NCBI GenBank assembly: GCA_965662895.1
Contig: CBFIJH010000016.1
Span: forward strand, 1-32,181
DNA length: 32,181 bases
Reading direction: 5' to 3'
Origin: Candidatus Poseidoniaceae archaeon
Lineage (GTDB): Archaea; Thermoplasmatota; Poseidoniia; Poseidoniales; Poseidoniaceae
Position numbers and translations under genes: made by a program. A model generated the notes under the pieces. That model ran no database searches and was not told the DNA's origin. It worked only from the letters and a program-made list of their open reading frames with translations. How positions within the stretch are numbered: the first letter of the stretch is position 1; every line of letters starts with the position of its first letter. This document shows positions 17,449 through 26,560 of this stretch, piece by piece.

Positions 17449-19041
17449 ATGCACTGGTCGGATGTTGTTGCTCAGCGTCTCGCTGAACGGGGAGGAAACC
17501 ACATCGTTTCGACCGGAATCACCCCGAGCGGGGAATTCCATATCGGCCATCTACGTGAAATCTTGACAGGGGATATGATCGCAAAGGCCGCAAAAAAAGC
17601 AGGCCTCGATGTTGAGTTTGTGTTTGTTGTCGATAGTGCTGATCCTCTTCGAAAAGTCTATTCGTTTTTGGACGATTCATATACGAAGTACATTGGACAT
17701 CAACTCAAACAAATCCCTCCCCCTGACAAAAATGGACGACCTGACCTCGACCGGTTTGCCAAAGGTGTATCGTACGCCGATCATTTTCTTGAACCGTTCA
17801 AGCAAGCACTTGAACAGATTGACGTCCGTCCTCGATTCATTGACAATTACGATGCTTATGCTTCAGGAAAATTCGCTCAAACCGCCCGAATCGCCTGCAA
17901 CAATGCCGACAAGATTCGAGAAATTATCGAACGAGTTTCAAGTCGTGAGCTTGCTGACGACTGGTTCCCGTGGAATCCAATTGATTCGAAGGGTTCCATT
18001 GACGGTGTTCGCGTTACAGGTTGGAACGACCCAATTGTTTCCTGGGTGGATTCTGAAGGGATTCATGGAAGCAGTGATGTAACAAAGGGCGAGGGGAAAC
18101 TCCCTTGGCGAATCGACTGGCCAGCAAAATGGGCATGGATTGGTGTCACCATGGAACCTTTTGGGAAAGATCACGGTGCTGCGGGCGGGTCGTACGATAC
18201 CGGAAAAGAAATTGTTGCGTTGTTTTCCAAAGAAGCACCTGTTGATTTAACCTACGAATGGATAAGCCTACGCGGCCAAGGTGCAATGTCATCATCATCC
18301 GGAAATACCGTCGGCCCATTGGAAGCACTCTCTCTTGTCCCACCTGAAATTCTTCGATACCTTGTTGCATCAACAAAACCCAACAAGGCCATTGAGTTTG
18401 ATACAGGGATGGGCCTGGTGAATCTTGCGGATGAATTTGAGCGGACAACCGCTCGAGATTTCTCTATAGAGATGAACAAAGAAGGTCTAAGTCGTCGACA
18501 AAAAGTCGCTCTTGAGGATGCGAAAACTGCGTTGGAACTTTCCCTCATCTCACCGATCGAGGAATCGACTTCAGTCACTTTCCGCCATCTTGCGTTGCTC
18601 GCTCAGACCAAGTCAAACGATGGGGATGTTTGGAACTCCATTGGAATCGAAGAACCTATTCCACAAAGCATGGTTGATCGTCTTCAGCGCATGCGGACGT
18701 GGATTGATTCACGACACTTTCCTGACGAATTGCGCATTGCAATCCTTACCGAACCTGACACAAAGGCGGTCGCACTTTTGGATGAGGACAACTTGAAACT
18801 TCTACCAAAACTCATTGATGCGTTCCGAACATGTGAATGGGATGCTGGAGCGATTCAAACCTGCATCTCAGGCACGGCAAAAGGACTTGATATGTCACCT
18901 CGTCATGCCTACAGAGCGTTGTACCTTTGTATCATGGGAACAGAGCGTGGGCCTCGTCTGCCAACAATTCTCGCAGAACTCAATCGAGATTCAATCGTAG
19001 CGCTATTGAACGCCTGCCTTTCCCGCAAGCAAGAACCATGA
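17449..19041 (+). CDS. lysS: Class I lysine--tRNA ligase
   Basis: MHW, GITPSGEFHIGHLRE, GKLPWRIDWP, EPFGKDH, AMSSSSGN, GPRL. SD GAGGTGA at 17438-17444. Confidence 0.97.
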   Translation: MHWSDVVAQRLAERGGNHIVSTGITPSGEFHIGHLREILTGDMIAKAAKKAGLDVEFVFVVDSADPLRKVYSFLDDSYTKYIGHQLKQIPPPDKNGRPDLDRFAKGVSYADHFLEPFKQALEQIDVRPRFIDNYDAYASGKFAQTARIACNNADKIREIIERVSSRELADDWFPWNPIDSKGSIDGVRVTGWNDPIVSWVDSEGIHGSSDVTKGEGKLPWRIDWPAKWAWIGVTMEPFGKDHGAAGGSYDTGKEIVALFSKEAPVDLTYEWISLRGQGAMSSSSGNTVGPLEALSLVPPEILRYLVASTKPNKAIEFDTGMGLVNLADEFERTTARDFSIEMNKEGLSRRQKVALEDAKTALELSLISPIEESTSVTFRHLALLAQTKSNDGDVWNSIGIEEPIPQSMVDRLQRMRTWIDSRHFPDELRIAILTEPDTKAVALLDEDNLKLLPKLIDAFRTCEWDAGAIQTCISGTAKGLDMSPRHAYRALYLCIMGTERGPRLPTILAELNRDSIVALLNACLSRKQEP

Positions 19042-19095
19042 TTTTGCATCCTCTCGACCCTAAGAATTGAAAAGAGGTCGGCTTATGTCTCAAAC

Positions 19096-20307
19096 ATGGC
19101 AGGGGTTTTTTGCCCAACGTGTGAGGCTGGCGTCGAGGCAGCAGCAAAGTTCTGTCTTTCATGCGGTCACGATTTGACCGCACAAGGTCCAATCACATCG
19201 ACAGGGCATGACCTCAACCAAATTAAGGAAGTCATCAGGCATCGAGAAGACCTCTCAATGGCTGAAAAATTCGATATGATTGCGCGCATCGAAGAAGGCG
19301 CAAATCCAATCACATTGGGCGTTGCAGCAGCTGCAGATGATGGTGAGAATTTCGATATCGGCCAAGCCTTTGAAGGAGCAAGTCAAGATGTCGCCTCGCT
19401 CAAATCCCATGAGTTCGGACAATCTCCAGCGGCCAACGCAGCCGTGCGAGCAGTTGTCCGCGGAACCTCTGGATGGGACATGATCAAAGCAGGTACATTG
19501 GATATGTCCGATGGTCTCTTTCGAGATGCCATGAATCACGGAATGGATGCGTCAACGCACATTCACGATGTCGCCAGTGGCGAACATGAGGGAATCGATC
19601 CAGACGCCATGCGAGCGATCCCAGTTCTAAAACCGCCTAAGAGAAGTTTTTGTCCAAAATGTGGCTCGGACATTCACAACAATACCATGCTTCAGTGGCG
19701 TAAGTGGAGAGAGTCATCATCCGATGTCGTGTCCATGCAAATGGAAGCGGCCATGGAGACCGCTTTGATTGAAGTTGCAAGCCATTATGTGAACGTTATC
19801 CAAGCCCTAAAAGATGAACGGGATGATGCCGTTGCACGTGCTGCAAAAGCATCTGCTGCGTCAAACGAAGATGCCATACGAGAGCAACTTGAAGACGAAA
19901 TTCGAGCAGAGCTTGAGAAGGAATTCAAATCAAATGGTGCTTCAAAACCGAAGAAGAAGTCGGAATCAAAGGCAAAGTCTCAACCAAAGAAGTCCCAATC
20001 AAAGCCAAAAAGCAAACCAAAAACTGGTGGTCTTTTTGGAGCAAAACGGCCCAAGAAAACCTACGAGGGCGAACCTGGTGGCAAAGCGGACTGGTTCCTC
20101 GAGGAAGCATTGGATACCGTCTACGACCCGCACGGTACAGGAAAAGCTGTGAAACCAGCGACAATTCTTGCCCGGTCTTCGGATGGAAACGTCCGAGTTC
20201 GTGATGTCGTTCGTGCCTATGCCCTTCAAGGACGGGATGGGATCAGTGAATTAGCTTGGACAAGCCCAATTACCGAATACTTGATCGAAGCTTACGACGC
20301 TTGTTGA
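19096..20307 (+). CDS. Hypothetical Zn-ribbon / coiled-coil / Lys-rich protein
   Basis: FCPTC..FCLSCG, internal FCPKCG, charged helical stretch, K/S/P/Q-rich linker and globular C-terminus. Confidence 0.85.
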   Translation: MAGVFCPTCEAGVEAAAKFCLSCGHDLTAQGPITSTGHDLNQIKEVIRHREDLSMAEKFDMIARIEEGANPITLGVAAAADDGENFDIGQAFEGASQDVASLKSHEFGQSPAANAAVRAVVRGTSGWDMIKAGTLDMSDGLFRDAMNHGMDASTHIHDVASGEHEGIDPDAMRAIPVLKPPKRSFCPKCGSDIHNNTMLQWRKWRESSSDVVSMQMEAAMETALIEVASHYVNVIQALKDERDDAVARAAKASAASNEDAIREQLEDEIRAELEKEFKSNGASKPKKKSESKAKSQPKKSQSKPKSKPKTGGLFGAKRPKKTYEGEPGGKADWFLEEALDTVYDPHGTGKAVKPATILARSSDGNVRVRDVVRAYALQGRDGISELAWTSPITEYLIEAYDAC

Positions 20308-20308
20308 T

Positions 20309-21121
20309 TTACAAAACCTGCGAAGACAGGTCGACAAGATAACGCAATCCAACGACGAAAAGAATACCAACAAAGAGTTGCATCAAACGCTGTTCAGAAA
20401 CGTTGGCAATCCCGAAACGAGCACCTACATTGGCAGATACTGGAACAACGACAATCAAACACATGATGAGCAAAAGGTTCGATGAGAGAACCTCGATTTG
20501 GGACGAATCAAGGACTGCTAAATGAGCCAAAATCGAAATGGGAAGTACCACCATCATAATGTGCAAACTTGTACCAATAGCCATTCTTGACTCAAGACCG
20601 CCGTAGAATCGAAGTACAGGGACATAAATCGCTCCAGCACCAATTGCGAGAACGGAAGAGAGGAAACCACCCGTAGCTACCCCGCCCTGCATTGTGAGCA
20701 TGTTTGTTTGAATATCATCCTCGGGCGTAGATGTTTTCGAACGTAATGTTTTGACAATCGCCCAGCAAATGAAAATCAAGCTCAGACCCTTGAAGATTAG
20801 ATCGAACGAACCTTGGAACCAAGTCACAACAACAACGCCACACAATGCCCCAGGTATCGCCGTCATGAGGCTTTTTTTGAATACATCATCAGCCAGAATA
20901 CCCTCTTTTCGATGTCGCAAACCCGAACCCCAAGATACGGTCGCTGAGAGTCCGAGTGATACGATGAGCAACGCCCCATCAATCTCCAAATCCAACCCGT
21001 AATGCAGAAGCGGGGCGAACAACAAACCACCCCCGAGGCCCAGTGGAGCGAACAGAAAACCAATGAGTCCACAACCAACCAGCACGAGCCCCATGGTTGC
21101 GGGTTCCATGTACGCCTGCAT
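20309..21121 (-). CDS. TauE/SafE (TSUP) family exporter
   Basis: Duplicated motifs LGLGGGLLFAP and LAIGAGAIYVP, AIGTSL, about 8 TMs. Start uncertain: 21121, 21109 or 21094. Confidence 0.88.
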   Translation of the reverse strand: MQAYMEPATMGLVLVGCGLIGFLFAPLGLGGGLLFAPLLHYGLDLEIDGALLIVSLGLSATVSWGSGLRHRKEGILADDVFKKSLMTAIPGALCGVVVVTWFQGSFDLIFKGLSLIFICWAIVKTLRSKTSTPEDDIQTNMLTMQGGVATGGFLSSVLAIGAGAIYVPVLRFYGGLESRMAIGTSLHIMMVVLPISILAHLAVLDSSQIEVLSSNLLLIMCLIVVVPVSANVGARFGIANVSEQRLMQLFVGILFVVGLRYLVDLSSQVL

Positions 21122-21192
21122 GTTGAACCAGCATATGATATCAACCCAAAGCGTGGTATAGATTCATAAGTGTTCCACATGAGCCAACCAAC

Positions 21193-21765
21193 ATGGACGC
21201 ACTTACCATTGGCCTGATTGTTGGCGGAGTTGTACTACTGATTTTCGTTATCTGGTTTTTCAGCACTTGGAACCGATTGGTTCGATTGGAAGAAAATGCA
21301 AACAAATCGTGGTCCGACATTGATGTTATACTCAAGCAACGCTATGATATGATTCCAAACCTCATGAACATCGTGAAAGGTTATGCAAAGCATGAGCGTG
21401 AAATCTTCGATCAGTTCGCCCAAGCGCGACAAACAGCTGCAGGGTGCTTGGCTTCAGGCGATGTGAAAGGAGTTGGAGCAGCGGAAGGCATTCTTTCAGG
21501 CATGCTCCCACGCATCAACATGGTCGCAGAACAATACCCAGACCTCAAGGCAGATACATCCTTTGTCAACCTTCAAAATCAACTCGTCTCACTCGAGAAT
21601 CAACTCGCAGACCGACGAGAATTCTACAACGCATCCTCCACGAATTTCAACTCAGCCATTCAAATGATTCCAACAAATTTTGTTGCTGGATTCAAAGGAT
21701 GCATTCGAAGAGAACTTTTCGTCATTGACCCTGTTCAGCGAGAGAACGTGCAGATTTCCTTCTGA
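21193..21765 (+). CDS. lemA: LemA family protein
   Basis: N-terminal TM, WSDIDVILKQRYDMIPNL..VKGYAKHE, EQYPDLKA, RREFYN, PTNFVA. Confidence 0.94.
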   Translation: MDALTIGLIVGGVVLLIFVIWFFSTWNRLVRLEENANKSWSDIDVILKQRYDMIPNLMNIVKGYAKHEREIFDQFAQARQTAAGCLASGDVKGVGAAEGILSGMLPRINMVAEQYPDLKADTSFVNLQNQLVSLENQLADRREFYNASSTNFNSAIQMIPTNFVAGFKGCIRRELFVIDPVQRENVQISF

Positions 21766-21815
21766 ATACGAACCTTCAAACCTAAATCACACAGTCTCGG
21801 ACTGAGGTGCATCAG

Positions 21816-23225
21816 ATGTTCTTGGTTGTTGGTTCCAGCAAAATTGCCGTGAACCTGGCTAAGTGGTGTTCAGAACGACGACCAAGTCAATTGGTTGGTC
21901 TCGCTTCAATCCTTGATGTTGATGAGGATCTAGGCGATTGTGAAATCCTTCAACTTCCCCGGGCGATGTCCGTTTCAGAACTTCCAGATACGGGTCAAAA
22001 ACCGACTGCGGTGATTCTTGTCGAACCCCAAGTTCTCAATGAAGAACATCCAATACCATCGCTTCGAGAACGATGGCCTGACACACCGATATTATCGGAA
22101 AGAACACTCGACCAAAACATCGAGAAGGTCGATGTAATTGATACGAGCGATATCATCACTGCTGCCTACAAAGACAAGGTGCGATCTTGGGAACGACATG
22201 CTGGAGCGACTGTTCTCGAATCGTACATCCGACATTTGCCTGAACATTCCAACGTTGCCATCTTTTGTCACGACAATCCCGACCCAGATGCGCTTGCTTC
22301 CGCCCTTGCCATGCATGAACTGGTTGCATTCCTTGGCCATACTCCGACAATCTACCATGGAGGTTTGATTGAACACCAACAAAATCAAGCAATGGTTCGC
22401 CTACTTGAGATTCCATTACGAAGGATCATTCTCGACTGGGAACTTGAAGATGTTCTCAATGAATCCGATTGCATCATAACGGTTGATTTTCACCAACCGG
22501 GTGCGAACAACATTCTTCCAAAGGATTGCGTTCCAAACATCATCATCGACCATCATGCCTCAGACAAATCTGTTTCTGCTGATGTTGCTTTCCTTCGTCC
22601 GGAATATTCTGCAACATCTTCACTGATTGCCAACCTCCTGATGAGTATGAGTTTGGAGATGACGCCTCGATTGGCAACTGCACTCTCGTTCGGCTTGCGA
22701 ACAGACACACTTTCCTTCACTCGTGCGTTCAACCAAGTCGACCTTCGAGCACTGATGTGGCTGAATACCTGGGTTGACGATGAATTGCTCCAGTCCATTC
22801 AGGCACCTCTTCGAACTCCTGAAACGTTGGAATCTTTCCGCCAAGCACTCACATCAATGACAATAACGGATGGACTCCTTCTCGCCCCAATTCACGACCT
22901 TGTTCGTCGTGACGATCTTGCCCAAGTTGCTGATTTTTTGTTCGCAACTTCGAGTACGGACATCGTTTTCGTCTTTGGTATTCAGCGCCAAAAAGTACTG
23001 CTTTCGGCTCGAAGTCGACGGGAAAATCTTCACCTCGGGATGGAGCTTTCCAACGCGTTTCAGAATGGTCAAGCAGGTGGCCATCGAGGCATGGCAGGTG
23101 GACAGATTTTACTTTCAAGCCTCGGGTTTGAAGAATCACAGGTCGAGGAAATCTCGCATCAGGATGTCCTCAATGCATTCGCAGATTGTTTGAAGGCGCT
23201 TTTCCTGAAGGAGGTGAATTCTTGA
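21816..23225 (+). CDS. DHH/DHHA1 phosphoesterase with degenerate N-terminal Rossmann (TrkA-N-like) region
   Basis: HDNPDPDA, TVD, IIDHH, RTDT, SARS, GGH..MAGG. ATG 21816 preferred because SD GAGGTG lies at 21804-21809. Confidence 0.88.
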   Translation: MFLVVGSSKIAVNLAKWCSERRPSQLVGLASILDVDEDLGDCEILQLPRAMSVSELPDTGQKPTAVILVEPQVLNEEHPIPSLRERWPDTPILSERTLDQNIEKVDVIDTSDIITAAYKDKVRSWERHAGATVLESYIRHLPEHSNVAIFCHDNPDPDALASALAMHELVAFLGHTPTIYHGGLIEHQQNQAMVRLLEIPLRRIILDWELEDVLNESDCIITVDFHQPGANNILPKDCVPNIIIDHHASDKSVSADVAFLRPEYSATSSLIANLLMSMSLEMTPRLATALSFGLRTDTLSFTRAFNQVDLRALMWLNTWVDDELLQSIQAPLRTPETLESFRQALTSMTITDGLLLAPIHDLVRRDDLAQVADFLFATSSTDIVFVFGIQRQKVLLSARSRRENLHLGMELSNAFQNGQAGGHRGMAGGQILLSSLGFEESQVEEISHQDVLNAFADCLKALFLKEVNS

Positions 23226-24391
23226 GCAATGCTTCACCTTTCATCGATGTTTCACCAACTCTTCGTCTTCTGGGCACTGCGCATGTCGCAACTGCATCCG
23301 TCGAAGCCGTACGTGAACAAATCGAAGCCTACAAACCAAGCGTGGTCGGTGTTGAATTGTGTCAAACCCGTCACGATGCCCTCGTCGAAGGACGTCGTCT
23401 TGACAAAGAAGGTCTGCGCAGAGTTATCAAAGAAGGAAAGGCGCCGATGGTCCTTATTCAAGCAATGCTCAGTGCTGAACAGCGAAAAATGGGGATAAAT
23501 GAAGGCCAGGAACCGGGGGCAGAATTACTCGCAGCTATTGAGACAGCCCGAGAGGCTGGACTTGAAGTTGCATTGATCGACAGAGACATCCAAGTTACGA
23601 TGCGGAGAGCATGGAGGAAGATGAAATGGAGAGAACGTTTTCGCCTCCTGTTTTCCTTGTTTGGAGATGAGGACGAGGATGAAGAACTCATCGACCTCGA
23701 TGATTTACTGTCCGATTCGGACCTTCTTTCTTCAATGATGGAGGAATTGAAGGCGTTTTCACCAGGGGCAGGAGAGGCCCTCATCGACGAGCGAGATCGA
23801 TTCATTGCCGAAAAAATCATGCAAGCAAAAACTGAGGAGAAGATGCTTGTCGTTGTTGGAGCTGGTCATTTGAAAGGCATTGAACGTGCACTTACCCCAT
23901 ACACACCACTTGCGAGCGAAGAGATGGAAGAAATTTCGACCGTTCCAAAAAAAGGCCTCTTTGGCAAGATTGTGCCATTTGCAATTCCATTGATTGTTAT
24001 GGGACTGGTTGGATTTGCTTTGTTCAACAACAATGAAATTGATTTTGTCAAAATGCTTACAGTTTGGACGTTGTTCAACGCAATCTTTGCTGCGATTGGA
24101 TGCATTCTCGCTCGAGGGCATCCCTTGGCGATTCTCACTGCTGCACTTGCAAGTCCGATTACATCACTCAACCCTGCCTTAGCTGCTGGTTGGTTTGCAG
24201 GCTACGTTCAATTGCGAATTTCAGAACCAACTGCGGAGGACTTGCAATTGTTCCTGAAGGGAACCTCAATCGGTGGTTTTTGGAGCAATCGAGCTGGTCG
24301 TGTCCTTCTCGTTACGGCATTAACAAATCTCGGAAGCATGCTTGGCGCATGGTTTGCAGCTGCAGGATTCATCGGTGGGGGCATCACTTAG
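23222..24391 (+). CDS. TraB/PrgY/GumN family protein with C-terminal membrane domain
   Basis: LGTAHV, VELC..R, PGAE, LIDRDIQVT, LIDERD, VVGAGH, SPITSLNP...AGWFAG. TTG 23222 follows SD GGAGGTGA and overlaps the upstream stop. Confidence 0.92.
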   Translation: MSNASPFIDVSPTLRLLGTAHVATASVEAVREQIEAYKPSVVGVELCQTRHDALVEGRRLDKEGLRRVIKEGKAPMVLIQAMLSAEQRKMGINEGQEPGAELLAAIETAREAGLEVALIDRDIQVTMRRAWRKMKWRERFRLLFSLFGDEDEDEELIDLDDLLSDSDLLSSMMEELKAFSPGAGEALIDERDRFIAEKIMQAKTEEKMLVVVGAGHLKGIERALTPYTPLASEEMEEISTVPKKGLFGKIVPFAIPLIVMGLVGFALFNNNEIDFVKMLTVWTLFNAIFAAIGCILARGHPLAILTAALASPITSLNPALAAGWFAGYVQLRISEPTAEDLQLFLKGTSIGGFWSNRAGRVLLVTALTNLGSMLGAWFAAAGFIGGGIT

Positions 24392-25224
24392 CCGAGTTGA
24401 CGCATCACAGCAAGTAAGTCAGTATGTGCTTGCACGTCATGTACGCGCAACCAATCGATACCCATTCGTTGAGCATAAGCAGCAACACCCAATGTACCGT
24501 ACAATCGATCATCCGTGGATTCATGACCTGTTAATTGACCAATCATCGATTTGCGTGAAACGCCCCAGAGTATCGGGAAGTCATAATCGCCGCGTAACGA
24601 TGCATAACCTTTGAGCAGGTCGATGTTGTGCTGCAACGTTTTCCCAAATCCAATGCCGGGATCGAGGCAAATCCGATTGGGTGCATGACCTGCATCAATG
24701 AGTTGCTGAGCCGTTGCAAGAAGTTCATTGGAAACCTCTCCGACGACGTCACGATACGAAGGTGATTCTTGCATGGTCTTTGGCTCGCCGAGCATATGCA
24801 TGATACAGACAGGAGCCTTCTGATCGAGAACCAATTCGACCATCCTTTCATCTCGCAATCCTGAGACGTCATTGATGATGGTTGCACCTGCCTCCAATGC
24901 TTGTCGAGCAACTTCATGATTCCGAGTATCGATTGAAAGGGGTACAGATTGGGAAGCATCGCGTAAAACAGAAATCACGGGAAGGACGCGTTCCAGTTCT
25001 TCTTCTATAGAAACTTTCTTTGAGCCAGGCCGAGTACTTTCTCCACCGATATCAAGGATCGATGCGCCTGCTTCAATCATATCCAATCCGCTTCTGATCG
25101 CAGCATCGACACTCGCTTGTCGGGAAGATGGATGAAAGGAATCAGGCGTGATGTTGAGAATGCCCATAATTCCAGGGATTGATGAATGATGGCGAAACGA
25201 GAAAGGTCGCAATGCATCAGCCAT
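24388..25224 (-). CDS. folP: Dihydropteroate synthase
   Basis: MGILNITPDSF, DIGGESTRPG, SIDT, INDVSG, MHM.GEP.TMQ, DPGIGFGK, SRKS, RVHDV. Confidence 0.97.
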   Translation of the reverse strand: MADALRPFSFRHHSSIPGIMGILNITPDSFHPSSRQASVDAAIRSGLDMIEAGASILDIGGESTRPGSKKVSIEEELERVLPVISVLRDASQSVPLSIDTRNHEVARQALEAGATIINDVSGLRDERMVELVLDQKAPVCIMHMLGEPKTMQESPSYRDVVGEVSNELLATAQQLIDAGHAPNRICLDPGIGFGKTLQHNIDLLKGYASLRGDYDFPILWGVSRKSMIGQLTGHESTDDRLYGTLGVAAYAQRMGIDWLRVHDVQAHTDLLAVMRQLG

Positions 25225-25246
25225 AAACCGCTCCAGTAAGGATGGA

Positions 25247-25253
25247 TTGATAA
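25247..25253. promoter_or_regulatory. Candidate bidirectional TATA-like element TTGATAA/TTATCAA
   Basis: Its first T is 30 nt from ATG 25277 (+) and 29 nt from the folP ATG 25224 (-), the same spacing seen at other gene starts here. Confidence 0.5.
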
Positions 25254-25276
25254 GGCCTCATACCCAAGGGTTTTGC

Positions 25277-25903
25277 ATGTCGGAGGACGAAGGTATCAGT
25301 TCAACGATTCATTCAGGCCCAACATCAGCTGCGTTAGGCGTGAGTGAAGCGTCGCTTGAATTGGCTGAAAGGGTCGCTCTTCGACTCGACATTTATGACA
25401 AACCTGCAATTTTCAATATGCTTTCAAGTCGAGCAAAGCTTGGAGCAGGAATTATCACGGTCTCATTCTTATTTTGGTGGCTATTGATTAGCAATTCCTC
25501 ATCCGATGAACTTGAAATCGGAATTTCAAAATTCTTCGGATTGGATTTCAATCAAGTCGCACTTGCAGTGATGGCCCTTGCTTTTCTTCACTCTGCATTT
25601 GGTGACTTTGGAAGAGAAATGGGCTCATTGGTCCCGTCCCTCATTTCTGGAGTCATGATCATCATGGTCCTCCTCTATGTTGGAGAGCCCATCGTCACAG
25701 CGTTCATGTCTGATTCCATTGAAGTGAATACAGGATTGTGGAGAAGTGCACGTCTTGCTCTTGTAGGAGCCGGTGCTGTCTTTGGCGGGCATCTCATTGT
25801 TGATGCGTACCTTCTGCTTTGGCTACGTCGGTTTCTTGAAGCAAATGAAGACATTGTGCTTACACCTCCGACAGAACTCGAAGAGACAACCCATTCGGAT
25901 TGA
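25277..25903 (+). CDS. Hypothetical membrane protein (about 4 TM)
   Basis: Four hydrophobic segments; fills the gap between folP and trm56; ATG 25277. Confidence 0.78.
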   Translation: MSEDEGISSTIHSGPTSAALGVSEASLELAERVALRLDIYDKPAIFNMLSSRAKLGAGIITVSFLFWWLLISNSSSDELEIGISKFFGLDFNQVALAVMALAFLHSAFGDFGREMGSLVPSLISGVMIIMVLLYVGEPIVTAFMSDSIEVNTGLWRSARLALVGAGAVFGGHLIVDAYLLLWLRRFLEANEDIVLTPPTELEETTHSD

Positions 25904-25941
25904 ACCCTTGAATTCATGAAGATTGGACGGGAGGCGAAACC

Positions 25942-26496
25942 ATGACCGAGCATGATGTCATTATCCTTCGTCTCGGCTATCGTCTCGGCAGGGACCCCCG
26001 AATCACAACACATCTCGCTCTAGTTGCCCGGGCATTGGGAGCCAATCGTTTCCTGTTTTCAGGAGATGAAGACGAACGTCTTGTTGAGAACATTGAATCC
26101 GTGAATCAGCGCTTTGGTGGCAGCATGGTTGTGGAACACGTCAAAAGTCCAATGGCTTGGTTAAGGAAATTTGTACGGGATGGAATTGATGGAAACCCTC
26201 CTGGCATTGCTGTGCATCTTACCATGTATGGAGCATCGTACAGAAGTGTAACTCCAACCATCCGTCGTGATCGTCCACTCGTTGTCATTGTCGGAGGTGC
26301 AAAAGTACCCTCTGAAGTGTTCCAGGTTTCACAATACAATCTTGCGGTTGGTAACCAACCACATTCAGAAGTTGCTGCTTTAGCGTTGTTCTTGGATGGT
26401 TGGTATGGAACAGGTTCAGCTGAACGAACGCTTGATGGCGGCGAGCTTATCATCAACCCAAGTAACACTGGAAAAGACGTTACAGATACCAAATAA
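25942..26496 (+). CDS. trm56: tRNA (cytidine(56)-2'-O)-methyltransferase (SPOUT)
   Basis: LRLGYR..RDPRITTHLALVARALGA, HLTMYG, VGGAKVP, VGNQPHSEVAALALFLD. Confidence 0.95.
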   Translation: MTEHDVIILRLGYRLGRDPRITTHLALVARALGANRFLFSGDEDERLVENIESVNQRFGGSMVVEHVKSPMAWLRKFVRDGIDGNPPGIAVHLTMYGASYRSVTPTIRRDRPLVVIVGGAKVPSEVFQVSQYNLAVGNQPHSEVAALALFLDGWYGTGSAERTLDGGELIINPSNTGKDVTDTK

Positions 26497-26560
26497 TCGT
26501 ACGTTTCCCCATCAAAAACCATCCCCAAGCATTATGGATGGTCTATTTGGAATACCGCTG

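Noticed and set aside
19940-20060. Repetitive AAG/CCA-rich DNA as a tandem repeat or CRISPR
   Set aside because: It only encodes the Lys/Ser/Pro-rich linker and has no regular repeat-spacer period.
23222-24391. TraB as evidence of a conjugative element
   Set aside because: This is the TraB/PrgY/GumN family, a widespread chromosomal gene in archaea. No relaxase, T4SS or integrase is nearby.
26396-26533. CarA start overlapping trm56
   Set aside because: The upstream in-frame sequence lies mostly inside trm56 and has no CarA similarity.
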